Shown: positions 17,150-27,064 of the stretch, piece after piece
Numbering within the stretch: position 1 is the stretch's first letter
How the letters are laid out: every line of letters starts with the position of its first letter
Source of the DNA: a virus
Direction: 5' to 3' (one strand)
Length of the DNA: 64,000 nucleotides
IMG/VR virus record: IMGVR_UViG_3300013233_000436
Location: 4,804 to 68,803 of that record
Made by a program: the position numbers and the translations under genes
The notes under the pieces: model-generated
What the model was told of the DNA's origin: nothing
Database searches by the model: none
Seen by the model: the letters and a program-made list of their open reading frames with translations, nothing else

Positions 17150-18181
17150 ATGGCGAACTCTTTAGATTTCAATGACTACTTAAACCGTGCGGTTGACGTT
17201 CTGCGTCCAGAATCCGTAACCAATGAACTGCTTGATCCTACCATTCAGGCTTTGCTTGTTCGCGTTGGTGAATTTGACGCTCTGTTGAGTGGTGCGAACG
17301 GCATTGCTACTGATGCTGAATTGCTGGCAACATCCAACAACCTGCTGTCTTTGCTTGAAGTGAATGGCGACGCTCTGTTGGCTTTGACTGCTGACGCAAA
17401 AGCGTACACCGACCAACTCCGCACGGATTTGATGGTTTACATCAATGACCTGCAATCTGAAATTGATGCTCTGAAATTGCGCGTAACCGCAAATGAAGGA
17501 AACATCATTTCTATTGCGTCTACCGCTGCTGATGCTGTTGATACTGCTGGCTCTGCTTCTACTGCCGCTGATGCTGCTGGCGTTGTTGCTGCTGCCGCTA
17601 CCGATGAAGCTGCTGCTGCAAAAACCGCATCTGATGCTGCTAGCGTCAAAGCTGACACTGCATCTGCCGCATCTGTTGCTGCTGGCGAAGCTGCTGCTAC
17701 TGCAAACACCAAGTCAGACAGTGCTGTAACTGCTGCTACCGCTGCTTCAAGTGTTGCCACCTCTGCTGCAAATGAAGCCTCTGATGCGACCTCTGCTGCT
17801 TCTGCTGCTGGTGTTGCTGCTGCTGGTGCAACAAACTTGGCAACCACCGCTCAAGAGGGCGTTGATGCTGCAAACTCTGAAATCAACACTTTAAAAAGCA
17901 CCATTAGTGCATTGAATGTTGAAGTTGTTCGCATCGACGATGAATCAGCAAAAATTGCTGATTTTGAAGTTCAGGTCGGCATGACGGTTGTTGATGGCAC
18001 AGATAATGTCGAGTGGTTGCTTGATAAGCCTCTGTCTCGCATTCATAGCTTCATTCACGGACAAGTGGTTTTACCTCCGCACCTGTACGGCTTGAGCGAT
18101 GATGGCACAAAAGTCATCTTTGGCACCAACTGGAAACCAATGGGTATTTCAGAGGTGTATGTTTCAGGCTACAAAGCCTAA
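17150..18181 (+). CDS. Ala-rich coiled-coil fibre/decoration protein
   Basis: Long Ala/Ser/Thr heptad stalk with globular C-terminus; GCT-rich codon usage; followed by terminator. Confidence 0.6.
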   Translation: MANSLDFNDYLNRAVDVLRPESVTNELLDPTIQALLVRVGEFDALLSGANGIATDAELLATSNNLLSLLEVNGDALLALTADAKAYTDQLRTDLMVYINDLQSEIDALKLRVTANEGNIISIASTAADAVDTAGSASTAADAAGVVAAAATDEAAAAKTASDAASVKADTASAASVAAGEAAATANTKSDSAVTAATAASSVATSAANEASDATSAASAAGVAAAGATNLATTAQEGVDAANSEINTLKSTISALNVEVVRIDDESAKIADFEVQVGMTVVDGTDNVEWLLDKPLSRIHSFIHGQVVLPPHLYGLSDDGTKVIFGTNWKPMGISEVYVSGYKA

Positions 18182-18188
18182 AGCTGAT

Positions 18189-18215
18189 GGGAGGGGTTCG
18201 CCTCTCCCGTTTTTT
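18189..18215 (+). terminator. Intrinsic terminator
   Basis: GGGAGGGG-TTCG-CCTCTCCC followed by GTTTTTT. Confidence 0.75.
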
Positions 18216-18228
18216 ATAATCAAAAAAT

Positions 18229-19344
18229 ATGAACAGCAGACAACTTAATAAATTATTCAATCAAGCGCGCAAAGATGCCAATCGTGAGCGTAAAAATGCT
18301 GTAAACACGCTAAGTCCGCAACAAATCGAGCGCGGGATCAAGGCTGGAAAATTACCGCCTGGCAATCAGGTTTTAGCGGGCGCAAACTCAGACGGCCTGC
18401 CATTCTCAATTGAAGACCTAAAGGCATTTAAAGCCGCAAACAAAAGAGCGTCTAAAAAGTTTGGTGATAAATCGGGAGCGCCAATATCCCAACTTGTGGC
18501 CGCATCACGTCCTATTGATATTCAAAGATCAAACCGAGATATTAGGCTTGCCACGCTGTATGGCATAACAAAAACGGGTGAGTGTTCTTTTAAAGTCACC
18601 GCAAGCCCTCAGAGTGATAAGTCGCATCATCAAGTAAAGATTAGGTTGGAAGGGTGGCAGACAGCTATCAGCGCCCCGTCTAATGCCGTTTTGACCACAA
18701 GAAACCTGATTAATGGCAATGTTTCATTCGATTGTGGTTGTGGCCGCCATCAATTCTGGTATCGGTACATTGCAACGGTTGGCAATTTTGCAATAAGGCC
18801 GCTTGAGAAAGATTTTCCAAAGATCCGCAACCCAAATCTTACCGGCTGCTGCTGCAAACACACTCTAAAAGCAATGGCGACAATCAAATCACCAACAGTC
18901 CAGAGAAGGATTGCCAGTGAGTTAGAGCGCCAGCGTAAAAAGGATGGATTTGCAGAGGGTAAATTGTTCAGTAAAAAAGAGCTGGCAGAAATGGAGAGGG
19001 CAAGGCCGCGAAAAATCGACCAAGCCAAGTTTTCCAAGGAAGCACAAAAGCTTGAGCGCATTCAAAAAGGGATGCGTAAAATAATGAAAGATCCCCGTGT
19101 GATCGAAAAATCAGAGCGGTTAAAGCGTGAAGCAAGAGCTAAGAATGCCCAAATTAAGCGCCAAGAGGCGAAGATCAACAAACTTGAAGGCGCATTGAAG
19201 AGTAGGGCGAAAACGGCTGTTAAGTACGCAATGATGGCCGTCAATGCGGGTGCTGTGAAACGCGCCGATGTTGTCGGTGGGATAGCCAAAGAGTATGGGT
19301 TAACCAAATCTCAAATTGAAAGCTTGATTAAGGAAAATGGGTAA
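18229..19344 (+). CDS. P1 gp25-like protein (SWIM-type zinc finger)
   Basis: SFDCGCGRHQFWYRYIATVGNF...FPKIRNPNLTGCCCKH. Confidence 0.75.
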   Translation: MNSRQLNKLFNQARKDANRERKNAVNTLSPQQIERGIKAGKLPPGNQVLAGANSDGLPFSIEDLKAFKAANKRASKKFGDKSGAPISQLVAASRPIDIQRSNRDIRLATLYGITKTGECSFKVTASPQSDKSHHQVKIRLEGWQTAISAPSNAVLTTRNLINGNVSFDCGCGRHQFWYRYIATVGNFAIRPLEKDFPKIRNPNLTGCCCKHTLKAMATIKSPTVQRRIASELERQRKKDGFAEGKLFSKKELAEMERARPRKIDQAKFSKEAQKLERIQKGMRKIMKDPRVIEKSERLKREARAKNAQIKRQEAKINKLEGALKSRAKTAVKYAMMAVNAGAVKRADVVGGIAKEYGLTKSQIESLIKENG

Positions 19345-19910
19345 TGTTCGCCCCAATCAACAACACAAAATTGACCGATGCGGTCTATGCCGATATGCAG
19401 AAAACCATTGAGTTTTCACCGGCTGCATTCGACATTATCATTTTTAAAGCGGATCCAGAGGCCGCGACCACGGCGAACAACACGGAAATGATCGACGTTG
19501 TGGGAAGCCTTGAAGCAAGAGAAAACGAGGTCTCTTTCTCACACCCCATATCATCTATGGCCTTGGAGATACCAAGTGAAGGCTACCAAACGGAGCTGAT
19601 GGTAGCTATGGGCGGCATGTCAGACGGATTCCAAGATGATCCTATCGCCATGCTGATTTTGGAGCCGAATGTTCCAGAGCAGAGCGTTATCTACATCAAA
19701 GAGGTTATAGGCGACACGGAAAAGATCAAAACTTACTTTATTGATCGAGTCCAGCCGATTGCAAAAGAGGGGCTTGCGGGTGCTAAATACTACCTGCTGC
19801 CATTCAGTATGGATCACTCAGTTTTGCAAGATGCGGTAGACGATGTTACCACGCCAATTATTGACCAAGACGCAGAAAATGAAGCATCCAGCTTTCTAAG
19901 CAACCTATAA
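19344..19910 (+). CDS. P1 gp7-like neck/head-closure protein
   Basis: Position between gp25 and gp24 homologues; SPAAFDIIIFK, VPEQSVI, KYYLLP. Confidence 0.55.
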   Translation: MFAPINNTKLTDAVYADMQKTIEFSPAAFDIIIFKADPEAATTANNTEMIDVVGSLEARENEVSFSHPISSMALEIPSEGYQTELMVAMGGMSDGFQDDPIAMLILEPNVPEQSVIYIKEVIGDTEKIKTYFIDRVQPIAKEGLAGAKYYLLPFSMDHSVLQDAVDDVTTPIIDQDAENEASSFLSNL

Positions 19911-19922
19911 AGGTGAATCACA

Positions 19923-20420
19923 ATGAAATTTGAGCAGGCTAAAAACGAGATTGAAACAGGTGATCTATTGGCGTGGAGTTCAAGCACGTTCGTTGGGATG
20001 ATTGTTCGAGGGTGGACTAAATCCATCTACAGCCACATCGGAGTGGCATGGGTGGCAAATGGCCGATTATTTGTCCTTGAGGCCATCAACGGTGATGGTG
20101 TCAGGCTGCGACCAATTCAGCCAACAGAGTCATTTTATTTCGTCAAATCAGGCGTTAAATGGAGCCAAGAGGCCGAAGATTTTGCAATGGATGCGGTGGG
20201 AATGGATGTTGATTACAGTTACCTTGACGCAATTCTCGCAGGCATCAATCTAAAGCTCAAAGGGAGAGGCTTTCAGTGTGCTGAATTTGTCGCCAAGATA
20301 TACCGCCGCTGTGGGCTTGATTTGCAGGAAGAGAACAGAACACCTGTGGAGGTGCTTAATGAGGTGTCAGACAGAGGTGATTGCTTATCTGTTTTTGTTG
20401 ATGCCGATCTAGTACCATAA
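19923..20420 (+). CDS. Permuted papain-like NlpC/P60 (YiiX/YebB-like) enzyme
   Basis: TGDLLAW, YSHIGV (His) preceding FQCAEFVAKIY (Cys). Confidence 0.85.
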   Translation: MKFEQAKNEIETGDLLAWSSSTFVGMIVRGWTKSIYSHIGVAWVANGRLFVLEAINGDGVRLRPIQPTESFYFVKSGVKWSQEAEDFAMDAVGMDVDYSYLDAILAGINLKLKGRGFQCAEFVAKIYRRCGLDLQEENRTPVEVLNEVSDRGDCLSVFVDADLVP

Positions 20421-20424
20421 CCCC

Positions 20425-21132
20425 ATGTTTGACTTATCCGTATTACACGCCGTTGATATTGCCTTTGGTGGCCACCTAGCCAAATGCTACGCTGCCATTG
20501 ATCCCGATGGTCAGACCGGCATTATCTCAAAATACTTGCAGCGCCCCTCTGAACAACAGATATATCGAGGCGAAAAAGACACGCCACGGGATCTAATCAG
20601 AGCGGTGGTAAACCTGAGAAAAGAGATGGTTAAGGCTCCTAACGGGGTTGATGCCTTCAATCAGGCCAAGCTCCCTTTAACGTCATACTTTCGTGTGCCA
20701 GGGTTTAACAGTGCTGATCCATCCCACATAACGCCGGTTTTAAACGATATTGCATGGTCGCAAGATCAATTGCAGGCTTATCAAATATCAGTGGGCAAGA
20801 TGATGTTGGAGTATCAGGTGATGCTTGTTGCCAGCGACAAAAGAACGCTTGACGCAATGGCAATGGCAATCTATTTCTACACGGCAAACAAGAAAGAAGG
20901 TCAACACCGATTTGGTGTCACCTACAACATCCAAGGTGAAGAGGTGGATGTTAAGTGCATTGTTGATGATCCAACGGTGTTTTCATCTACGCCAATGTCG
21001 AGCATGGAGGATGGCGGTAGAATATTCGCGCTATCCATCAACTACAGCGTCCTAACGCCGGTTCTGTACGGAAAACAAGTGTCGGTAAGTGAGTCAATCG
21101 GGTTTCAGCTTGGCACGGATTACCGCATATAA
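20425..21132 (+). CDS. P1 gp24-like tail terminator
   Basis: Size and synteny before hub and spike genes; LPLTSYFR, YQVMLVASDK..LD. Confidence 0.55.
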   Translation: MFDLSVLHAVDIAFGGHLAKCYAAIDPDGQTGIISKYLQRPSEQQIYRGEKDTPRDLIRAVVNLRKEMVKAPNGVDAFNQAKLPLTSYFRVPGFNSADPSHITPVLNDIAWSQDQLQAYQISVGKMMLEYQVMLVASDKRTLDAMAMAIYFYTANKKEGQHRFGVTYNIQGEEVDVKCIVDDPTVFSSTPMSSMEDGGRIFALSINYSVLTPVLYGKQVSVSESIGFQLGTDYRI

Positions 21133-22118
21133 TGCAAGAAAATCTCCTTGTTCAAAAAATCGAACACGACAATGGCGTGTTTGACTTGTCCTTCATCATC
21201 GACTTCACCTACACGGAAAAAACAGACCTTTCGGGGCCGATCATTATCATGCAGTTTAATGATCGGTTCAGCTACCTACGGGACATTGTGGGCGTGAGGG
21301 AGAAAGATGAGATAACGGTTACGATTCACGATGTTTTTCACAGCGACACGCTGCACATTGTTGAGAAATTCACGATTGAATCAATGCCGATGGACAACAA
21401 CGAAAACATAGAGTTTACCTGTACTTCATCCGTGGTTAATGCGCTAAAAATCCATGCAACACAGGCGGAGTTGTTCGTTCAGAAACCCGTATCGGCCATT
21501 ATTCGCCGGTTGGTTGATGCTGATAACTTTGACATAGGGCGTTTCCCAGTGGTTAATGATTATCATCTGCTGCCAGGCATGAGGCCGTCTAAGCTGATTC
21601 GGCAAATGGCAAAAGAATGTGGGGCGTTGGCGTTTTATCGTCGCGGCACGTTTGTTTTCAAGTCGATTGATGAAATGGTCTCTTCAAAACCAACACTCAC
21701 CCAGTTTTTCCTCAATGACTCGCGGGAAGAGAATCAGGTTTTATCCTATAAGGTTGACCGCAACCGTGAAGCATTTAAAGAGGCTGCTGAACGGCATTAC
21801 ACGGGGTTTGATATGGAGAAGGGCGTGGTAAGCAGTCGGTTTCACAAAGCGTCACCTATTGCATTGTCCGGCCTACCGTCGAAGGTCTCTCTGGATAATC
21901 TGGCAAAGCTTATTGCTCCAACCCTGACCTTTAACGCCACGGGAAACGGCGGGATGCAGGCCGGTGATACGCTCGATTTTGTTTGGGGGAAAGTTGACAT
22001 TGAATCGCCAACAGATGAAAGCCTGCCAGAGAAGGGTTTTATATCGTCATGCGCCCATCATTACTCCCCTCATAAGTATTTGTGCCAAGCGGTAATATCG
22101 GAGGTGATCAGTGATTGA
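21132..22118 (+). CDS. P1 gp6-like baseplate hub protein
   Basis: DYHLLPGMRPSKLIRQMAKE, DESLP; precedes spike gene. Confidence 0.7.
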   Translation: MQENLLVQKIEHDNGVFDLSFIIDFTYTEKTDLSGPIIIMQFNDRFSYLRDIVGVREKDEITVTIHDVFHSDTLHIVEKFTIESMPMDNNENIEFTCTSSVVNALKIHATQAELFVQKPVSAIIRRLVDADNFDIGRFPVVNDYHLLPGMRPSKLIRQMAKECGALAFYRRGTFVFKSIDEMVSSKPTLTQFFLNDSREENQVLSYKVDRNREAFKEAAERHYTGFDMEKGVVSSRFHKASPIALSGLPSKVSLDNLAKLIAPTLTFNATGNGGMQAGDTLDFVWGKVDIESPTDESLPEKGFISSCAHHYSPHKYLCQAVISEVISD

Positions 22119-22989
22119 TGCCCAATCCCAGCTATTGACTCGCTCGCGGTATGAGGCCGAAGTGATCAGCCTTTCAGACCCTAAAAACTGGATGCGCGTT
22201 CAGGTTAAAATTCTTGGCTTGTTCGATGGTGTGGCAGACAAAGATTGTCCTTGGGCTACCTATCACCTACCTGTTGGCTTTCGCGCCAACGATGGGGATT
22301 TTACCCCGTGTGATGCTGGGGATATGGTGTGGGTGGAGTTTCCATATTCAACGCATGGCAGGCCCGACACGCGCAGGCCAATGATTACAGGGAGTGTTCA
22401 CTTTTGTCCGGACGGTACGCCAAATTTTCCCCATGAGTCGTTTGGTGGTGTGGATAAACTAACCCACACTAGGCCGCCCGAGTTGCCAGCAGCGGTGACG
22501 GTTGGAGTGCATGAGGGTAAGGTTTACACGCAGCATGGGACAACGATAGAAAGCCTTGAGGGTGGTACTTGGCGTGTCGTGAATAGAGCAACAGGCGCGT
22601 TTATTGAGATTCGTCCTGATGGGTCTATGGCGGCTCACACAGTCGCAAACGACGATAAAGTGGTGGGCGGCAACGATACAAAAACGATCAAAGGAAACAG
22701 AGGGTTGAAAGTGGCCGGTGATCAAGCCGAAAACGTCACCGGCAACGATGCAAAAACGGTGGGCGGCAATCTATCCGAAACGGTAAGCGGCAACTCAACC
22801 GAAACTGTGACGGGATCAAAAAATGTAACGGCGGCAAGCGTCACGATGACAGCAAGCGGCGTGGTTACGTTTAATGGCAGTCAGATTAAGCTCAACAATG
22901 GAACAGGGGTGGTGACAGGTGAGTGCATATGCGCTTTAACCGGCCTACCCCACAGCGACATATCAACAACAGTTATCGCGGGGAAATAA
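22111..22989 (+). CDS. Baseplate central spike (gpV/gp5 family, P1 gp5-like)
   Basis: OB fold DPKNWMRVQVKI..CPWA..GDMVWVEF followed by VxGN beta-helix repeats; C/H-rich tip. Confidence 0.85.
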   Translation: MIDAQSQLLTRSRYEAEVISLSDPKNWMRVQVKILGLFDGVADKDCPWATYHLPVGFRANDGDFTPCDAGDMVWVEFPYSTHGRPDTRRPMITGSVHFCPDGTPNFPHESFGGVDKLTHTRPPELPAAVTVGVHEGKVYTQHGTTIESLEGGTWRVVNRATGAFIEIRPDGSMAAHTVANDDKVVGGNDTKTIKGNRGLKVAGDQAENVTGNDAKTVGGNLSETVSGNSTETVTGSKNVTAASVTMTASGVVTFNGSQIKLNNGTGVVTGECICALTGLPHSDISTTVIAGK

Positions 22990-22990
22990 A

Positions 22991-23167
22991 ATGGCCATGA
23001 GTTCAATATCGATGGAGGCAAAAATAGTTGCCGCCTTGCAGGCCGCTGGATACAACACGACAAATACGCACAGTCAGGTTGTTAAGCTTGCCGCCGCCAT
23101 TGCTGCTGGTGTCGTCGCTGAAATTCAGGCCAATGCAATCACGTCTCAGGGCGACTCTGTTTCATAG
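22991..23167 (+). CDS. Small spike-associated protein (58 aa, absent from ORF track)
   Basis: Own translation MAMSSISMEAKIVAALQAAGY...LAAAIAAGVVAEIQANA; directly after spike gene. Confidence 0.65.
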   Translation: MAMSSISMEAKIVAALQAAGYNTTNTHSQVVKLAAAIAAGVVAEIQANAITSQGDSVS

Positions 23168-23458
23168 ATTGGTGGGTGTTGGCCGAACGTACACGGTTTC
23201 GCCTTTTTTTAGCAGGCTCCATGCTCCTTCTATAATTGACTTAAGCTGAATCATGGATAGGCTGTATCTTTTGTCGAACACACCTTCGTGGAGCCACAAG
23301 CAGTATCCGTCAATGCTGCGCTCCGCCAACCATACCTCGCTAATTTTTTTCATCCAAAGCCAAGATGCCACATAAACCTCTACCTCCACCTCAAACAGCC
23401 CTGGGCTTGAATGCTTGCTGTCCCCTATCGGGGTCACACTCAATATCTTGATTCTCAT
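23162..23458 (-). CDS. Hypothetical protein (moron-like, antisense to late genes)
   Basis: GGAG SD and TGGGGTAAAAT element upstream on minus strand. Confidence 0.55.
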   Translation of the reverse strand: MRIKILSVTPIGDSKHSSPGLFEVEVEVYVASWLWMKKISEVWLAERSIDGYCLWLHEGVFDKRYSLSMIQLKSIIEGAWSLLKKGETVYVRPTPTNL

Positions 23459-23518
23459 GCTTCCACTCCATTAATTTGCTGGACTTCTATTTTACCCCAA
23501 CATCAACCTTTAAGGCTG

Positions 23519-23564
23519 TTCAAATTTTAATGTAATAGGAAAAGTTACTTGTGGACGGCATTCT
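23519..23564 (+). promoter_or_regulatory. Putative late promoter 2
   Basis: TTCAAATTTTAATGTAA - 23 nt - CATTCT upstream of capsid gene. Confidence 0.65.
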
Positions 23565-23612
23565 TGCGGCACACAACGAATTTTTTCAAAAAAAACATGA
23601 AAGGTGGGACTG

Positions 23613-25232
23613 ATGGCCGAAGGCACGCAGAAAGTTAACGCACAACTGAGTCTTATCCACTCAAAAGCGGCGGAGTTTGAGGCGGCAATTGCACCCGCCT
23701 TTAATGATGATGGAAGTTTGGCGAAAGATTTTCAGGCAAAACTGAAATCAAACGTGGGTAATACCGTGTTTGATGCTGCTGGATCTGATGGCAGCGGCAA
23801 CCCGCTTGGCACAAGCATTCTCGCAACCCAAGCGCGGTTTATGTCGGGTTATAAAGAGATTTACGGCTACAACCCTCCCGCCGAAGTCCTTGCAGGAATG
23901 CAGCAATCCATTGAAAACATCTATGGAATGCGAAAAGATGTTTCTACCGGCCATCAAATCCTTGATGCCGCCGTAGGTGAGCTATCCAACAGTGACGGCA
24001 TTATCAAGCGCAATCACCTGGTGACTCTGGTAACTCCCATTGCATTGACCACAATTACTGGTCAATTTGCAACTCACGTCCCTCCCGCATTCGATCAAAC
24101 AGAGATTAGCTGGATTGAGCGCAAAGCAGGCACAACCTTTGGCGATATGATCAAGGGTGATGTGATTGATGTTGACATGAGCGGCCAATACTCATCTATG
24201 ACTCAGATGAAAATCATGGCAGCAACCGCTACAGCAAACCAATACTCATACGATACCGCTGCTGATTTTGGCGGCGCTTGCCCAATTCGCAAAAAACGCG
24301 CATCAATTTACATTGATCGCGGCAAAGTTGCGGAAGACAACGGCAAAGGCGCTATCAGCGGTCAGTTCACCAATTCAACCGGCACAACCACGCTTGTAAC
24401 CGGAACCGTTGATTACGCTACCGGTGTTATTGTCATCACAACTGCTGCTGCATTGCTTGCTGGCATTGTTCCTTATGTTGAATTTGACGTAAACATCGAA
24501 GCCGATCCCACCAAAATCCCTTTCATTGACCACCAGATGGACAGCGCGGTTCTTTACCCGCATGAAAGCGCATTGGTTAGCAGCTCCACCATTCAGGCCG
24601 CAATGTCCCTGAGTCGTGAATACAATCGTGGCTTGGTTGGAATGCAGCAAAGCGCAGCGCGTAACGTGATGGCAGGTGAGAAAGATCGTAATCGCCTGAA
24701 CAAAATGTACTGGTCGGTATCCAAAACCTATGCCTTGGCCTACGACAGCAGCGCCCCACAGATGAACGAAGCGGTGCGCCAAATCCAAGAAACATTAAAC
24801 ATTGTTTCAATGGAAATGATGCTGAACACCAAAACAAGTGGATTAACTCACTTGGTCGGCGGCTCAAGCATTGTCGCGTTTATGAAAACTTTGCCGGGCT
24901 TTGTTATGGCTCCAGGTTATCGCCATAAACCACAGCCACACTATGTTGGCAAATTGTGGGGCATGTACGAGGTGTTTGAAGATGCGCGGACTATTCGCAG
25001 CTACGATGGCACAACCGACGACCGCTCTTGGAAGCTTTTGGGTATTGGCAAAGGCGCTAACTACGGTGACTCCGGTTTCTTGGTTGGTGATGCCGTGCCT
25101 GTTATTGAGTACAAGCACCAAATTGGTCTAACATTGACCGAACAATCAACCTTCTACGAGCTGGCATTCCGCGATATTCATCCTCGCAATGGTCGCGCCT
25201 ATTTCGTTGAAATCGTTGTAACCAAACAGTAA
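23613..25232 (+). CDS. Major capsid protein (P1 gp23-like)
   Basis: About 540 aa; GTVDYATGVI insertion, EFDVNIEADP..IP, PHYVGKLWG, GFLVGDAVP; synteny 23-22-21. Confidence 0.85.
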   Translation: MAEGTQKVNAQLSLIHSKAAEFEAAIAPAFNDDGSLAKDFQAKLKSNVGNTVFDAAGSDGSGNPLGTSILATQARFMSGYKEIYGYNPPAEVLAGMQQSIENIYGMRKDVSTGHQILDAAVGELSNSDGIIKRNHLVTLVTPIALTTITGQFATHVPPAFDQTEISWIERKAGTTFGDMIKGDVIDVDMSGQYSSMTQMKIMAATATANQYSYDTAADFGGACPIRKKRASIYIDRGKVAEDNGKGAISGQFTNSTGTTTLVTGTVDYATGVIVITTAAALLAGIVPYVEFDVNIEADPTKIPFIDHQMDSAVLYPHESALVSSSTIQAAMSLSREYNRGLVGMQQSAARNVMAGEKDRNRLNKMYWSVSKTYALAYDSSAPQMNEAVRQIQETLNIVSMEMMLNTKTSGLTHLVGGSSIVAFMKTLPGFVMAPGYRHKPQPHYVGKLWGMYEVFEDARTIRSYDGTTDDRSWKLLGIGKGANYGDSGFLVGDAVPVIEYKHQIGLTLTEQSTFYELAFRDIHPRNGRAYFVEIVVTKQ

Positions 25233-25243
25233 GGGGCTGAAAA

Positions 25244-25513
25244 ATGGCTAAGAAGCAAAATCCAAACAAAACCCAACCTGTTGAGGCTCCAAAAATGGAA
25301 CAAGTGGTTATTTTTAATGGCAGCTCTATCGGTCGCGGCATTCACGTTGATGGCGGTGTAATTGATCTGGTTGGCGGCAAGCATTCAGCGCCTTTCGGAG
25401 TTGATGCCGACTCTCTGAAAGACTTCAAAGAGTCTATCGAGGGGATGTACCCCGGCTTGGTTGTTAAAACCGTTGCTGAGTTCGAGAAAGAACAGCAGAA
25501 GAAAGAGGGTTAA
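25244..25513 (+). CDS. Hypothetical protein between capsid and sheath genes
   Basis: AAGGGG SD; ORF fills gap. Confidence 0.6.
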   Translation: MAKKQNPNKTQPVEAPKMEQVVIFNGSSIGRGIHVDGGVIDLVGGKHSAPFGVDADSLKDFKESIEGMYPGLVVKTVAEFEKEQQKKEG

Positions 25514-25516
25514 TCA

Positions 25517-27064
25517 ATGGTCGCTGACGTTATTACGAGCGCACCAGGTATTATTGTTCGTCCGCCCTTGGCGGATGCAACCCTAACCGTTGATGGTGGC
25601 ACTGCTGCCATCTCTGCAACGGTTGTTGTTGCCAATAAAGGCTGGCCGTTTAAGATCCACACTGTAAATAAGCAGCGTATCGAGCCTGTTTTCGGTAAGC
25701 CATTGCATAGCAGCAAATCAGACTCCGAAGGCTTGCGTCACATGCACGATGCAGCTAAAGAATGCCTCTATATTCGAGGTGTTCGTGTTACTGCTGCTGA
25801 TGCCGCTTATCCTGTTGTCCAGTTGGACAAAACCCCTGCAAACCCCGCTGTAACCTCTGCATTAACTTTTGATACCGAGGTTGTTTTGGGTGCTGCAAAC
25901 TGGATTGCATTTTATCCAATTGATGGCGAAACGAGCGCAAATCGCCGCGTTTCTATTAGCAATGTTGATCTGACTGCAAATCGGTTTGATCTTGAGTTTC
26001 AAGAAGAGGTCGCTGTCGGTGTTTGGCAAGCAATCCCCAATGAATCCTATACCGTGGGTCTTGGGTTTGATGATGTTGACGATATGGGCGCTCCTGCATA
26101 TGTCGAATCTGTCTTAAAAGACGGCTCTGCACGGTTCAATTGTGTGGTTGCTCCAGATGCCACTATGAGCATGGTTTCTACCGCCCAAGTAGCTTTTGTT
26201 GGCGGAACCAATGGCGGCGTTCCAACTACCGCTGATTGGATCAAAGCATGGGATATGTTCCGCAACGAAGATGTGGAGTTTGATAACGCATTTATGGCGG
26301 GAAATTACGGCACTACTGTAATTGCCAATGCTGAAAACGCGTGCAAAACCCGTTTAGGTCAATTCTTCTACGACATTCCGCCCTACCTGAACGAAACAAG
26401 CGCGATTACTTGGATTCAATCTCTGAATCTGGATAGTTATTTCTCCATTGGTAGTCACTACCCCTATCTTGCCAATGATGGTTTTTTTGGTGGAAAATCG
26501 CTGTGGGGTACATCCGGTTCAATGGCAGCAGGTAAAGCGTTTTGCTACAAGCAGCCAACCGGTCACGGCGCTGTTCGTGGGGCGCATATTTCGCCAGCAG
26601 GTCAAAAATATGGCCGCATTGATCGACGTGGTATCGAGCCTAAGTTTAACTCTGGTTTTGCCACAAAAATTGATCTGGTTGCAAACCGCATTGTTTGGGC
26701 TGAAAAAGGCCAGTATTTTGGCGATTGTCTGACAAGCTGGAAGCGTAATAATGATTTGCGTTTTGAACACGTCACGTCAACGCTTCTCGATATTCAAAAA
26801 GAGTTTGTTGTCGCTGCAAAGATTGCACAGTTTGAGCCTGGCAAGGCTGCCACGGACATTATGGAGCGTCTTGGCAAGCAGATTTGTGATCGACGGGTGA
26901 CTGCTGGTGCTTTGGTTGAGCCAAGAGATCCAAACTGGAACGGTGAAGCGCCTTACAAAATCGTTGTAACAGAGCTTTCAATGGATCTGTACGAGGCCAA
27001 AGTGGTTTACGCGAACGGTGGTATTGCGCGAAGAATCTCAATCCAAGTGGAGTTTACTAGATAA
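25517..27064 (+). CDS. Contractile tail sheath protein (P1 gp22-like)
   Basis: FVGGTNGG, SPAG..YGRI, LRFEHV, QFEP, GALVEPR sheath motifs. Confidence 0.85.
   Translation: MVADVITSAPGIIVRPPLADATLTVDGGTAAISATVVVANKGWPFKIHTVNKQRIEPVFGKPLHSSKSDSEGLRHMHDAAKECLYIRGVRVTAADAAYPVVQLDKTPANPAVTSALTFDTEVVLGAANWIAFYPIDGETSANRRVSISNVDLTANRFDLEFQEEVAVGVWQAIPNESYTVGLGFDDVDDMGAPAYVESVLKDGSARFNCVVAPDATMSMVSTAQVAFVGGTNGGVPTTADWIKAWDMFRNEDVEFDNAFMAGNYGTTVIANAENACKTRLGQFFYDIPPYLNETSAITWIQSLNLDSYFSIGSHYPYLANDGFFGGKSLWGTSGSMAAGKAFCYKQPTGHGAVRGAHISPAGQKYGRIDRRGIEPKFNSGFATKIDLVANRIVWAEKGQYFGDCLTSWKRNNDLRFEHVTSTLLDIQKEFVVAAKIAQFEPGKAATDIMERLGKQICDRRVTAGALVEPRDPNWNGEAPYKIVVTELSMDLYEAKVVYANGGIARRISIQVEFTR

Noticed and set aside
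17520-17830. GCT-rich repeats as a DNA element
   Set aside because: Explained by the Ala-rich coiled coil and codon bias
23542-23550. AAGTTACTT, identical to the P1 late operator
   Set aside because: Noticed only once; the other four late promoters lack it, so it may be chance or a relic
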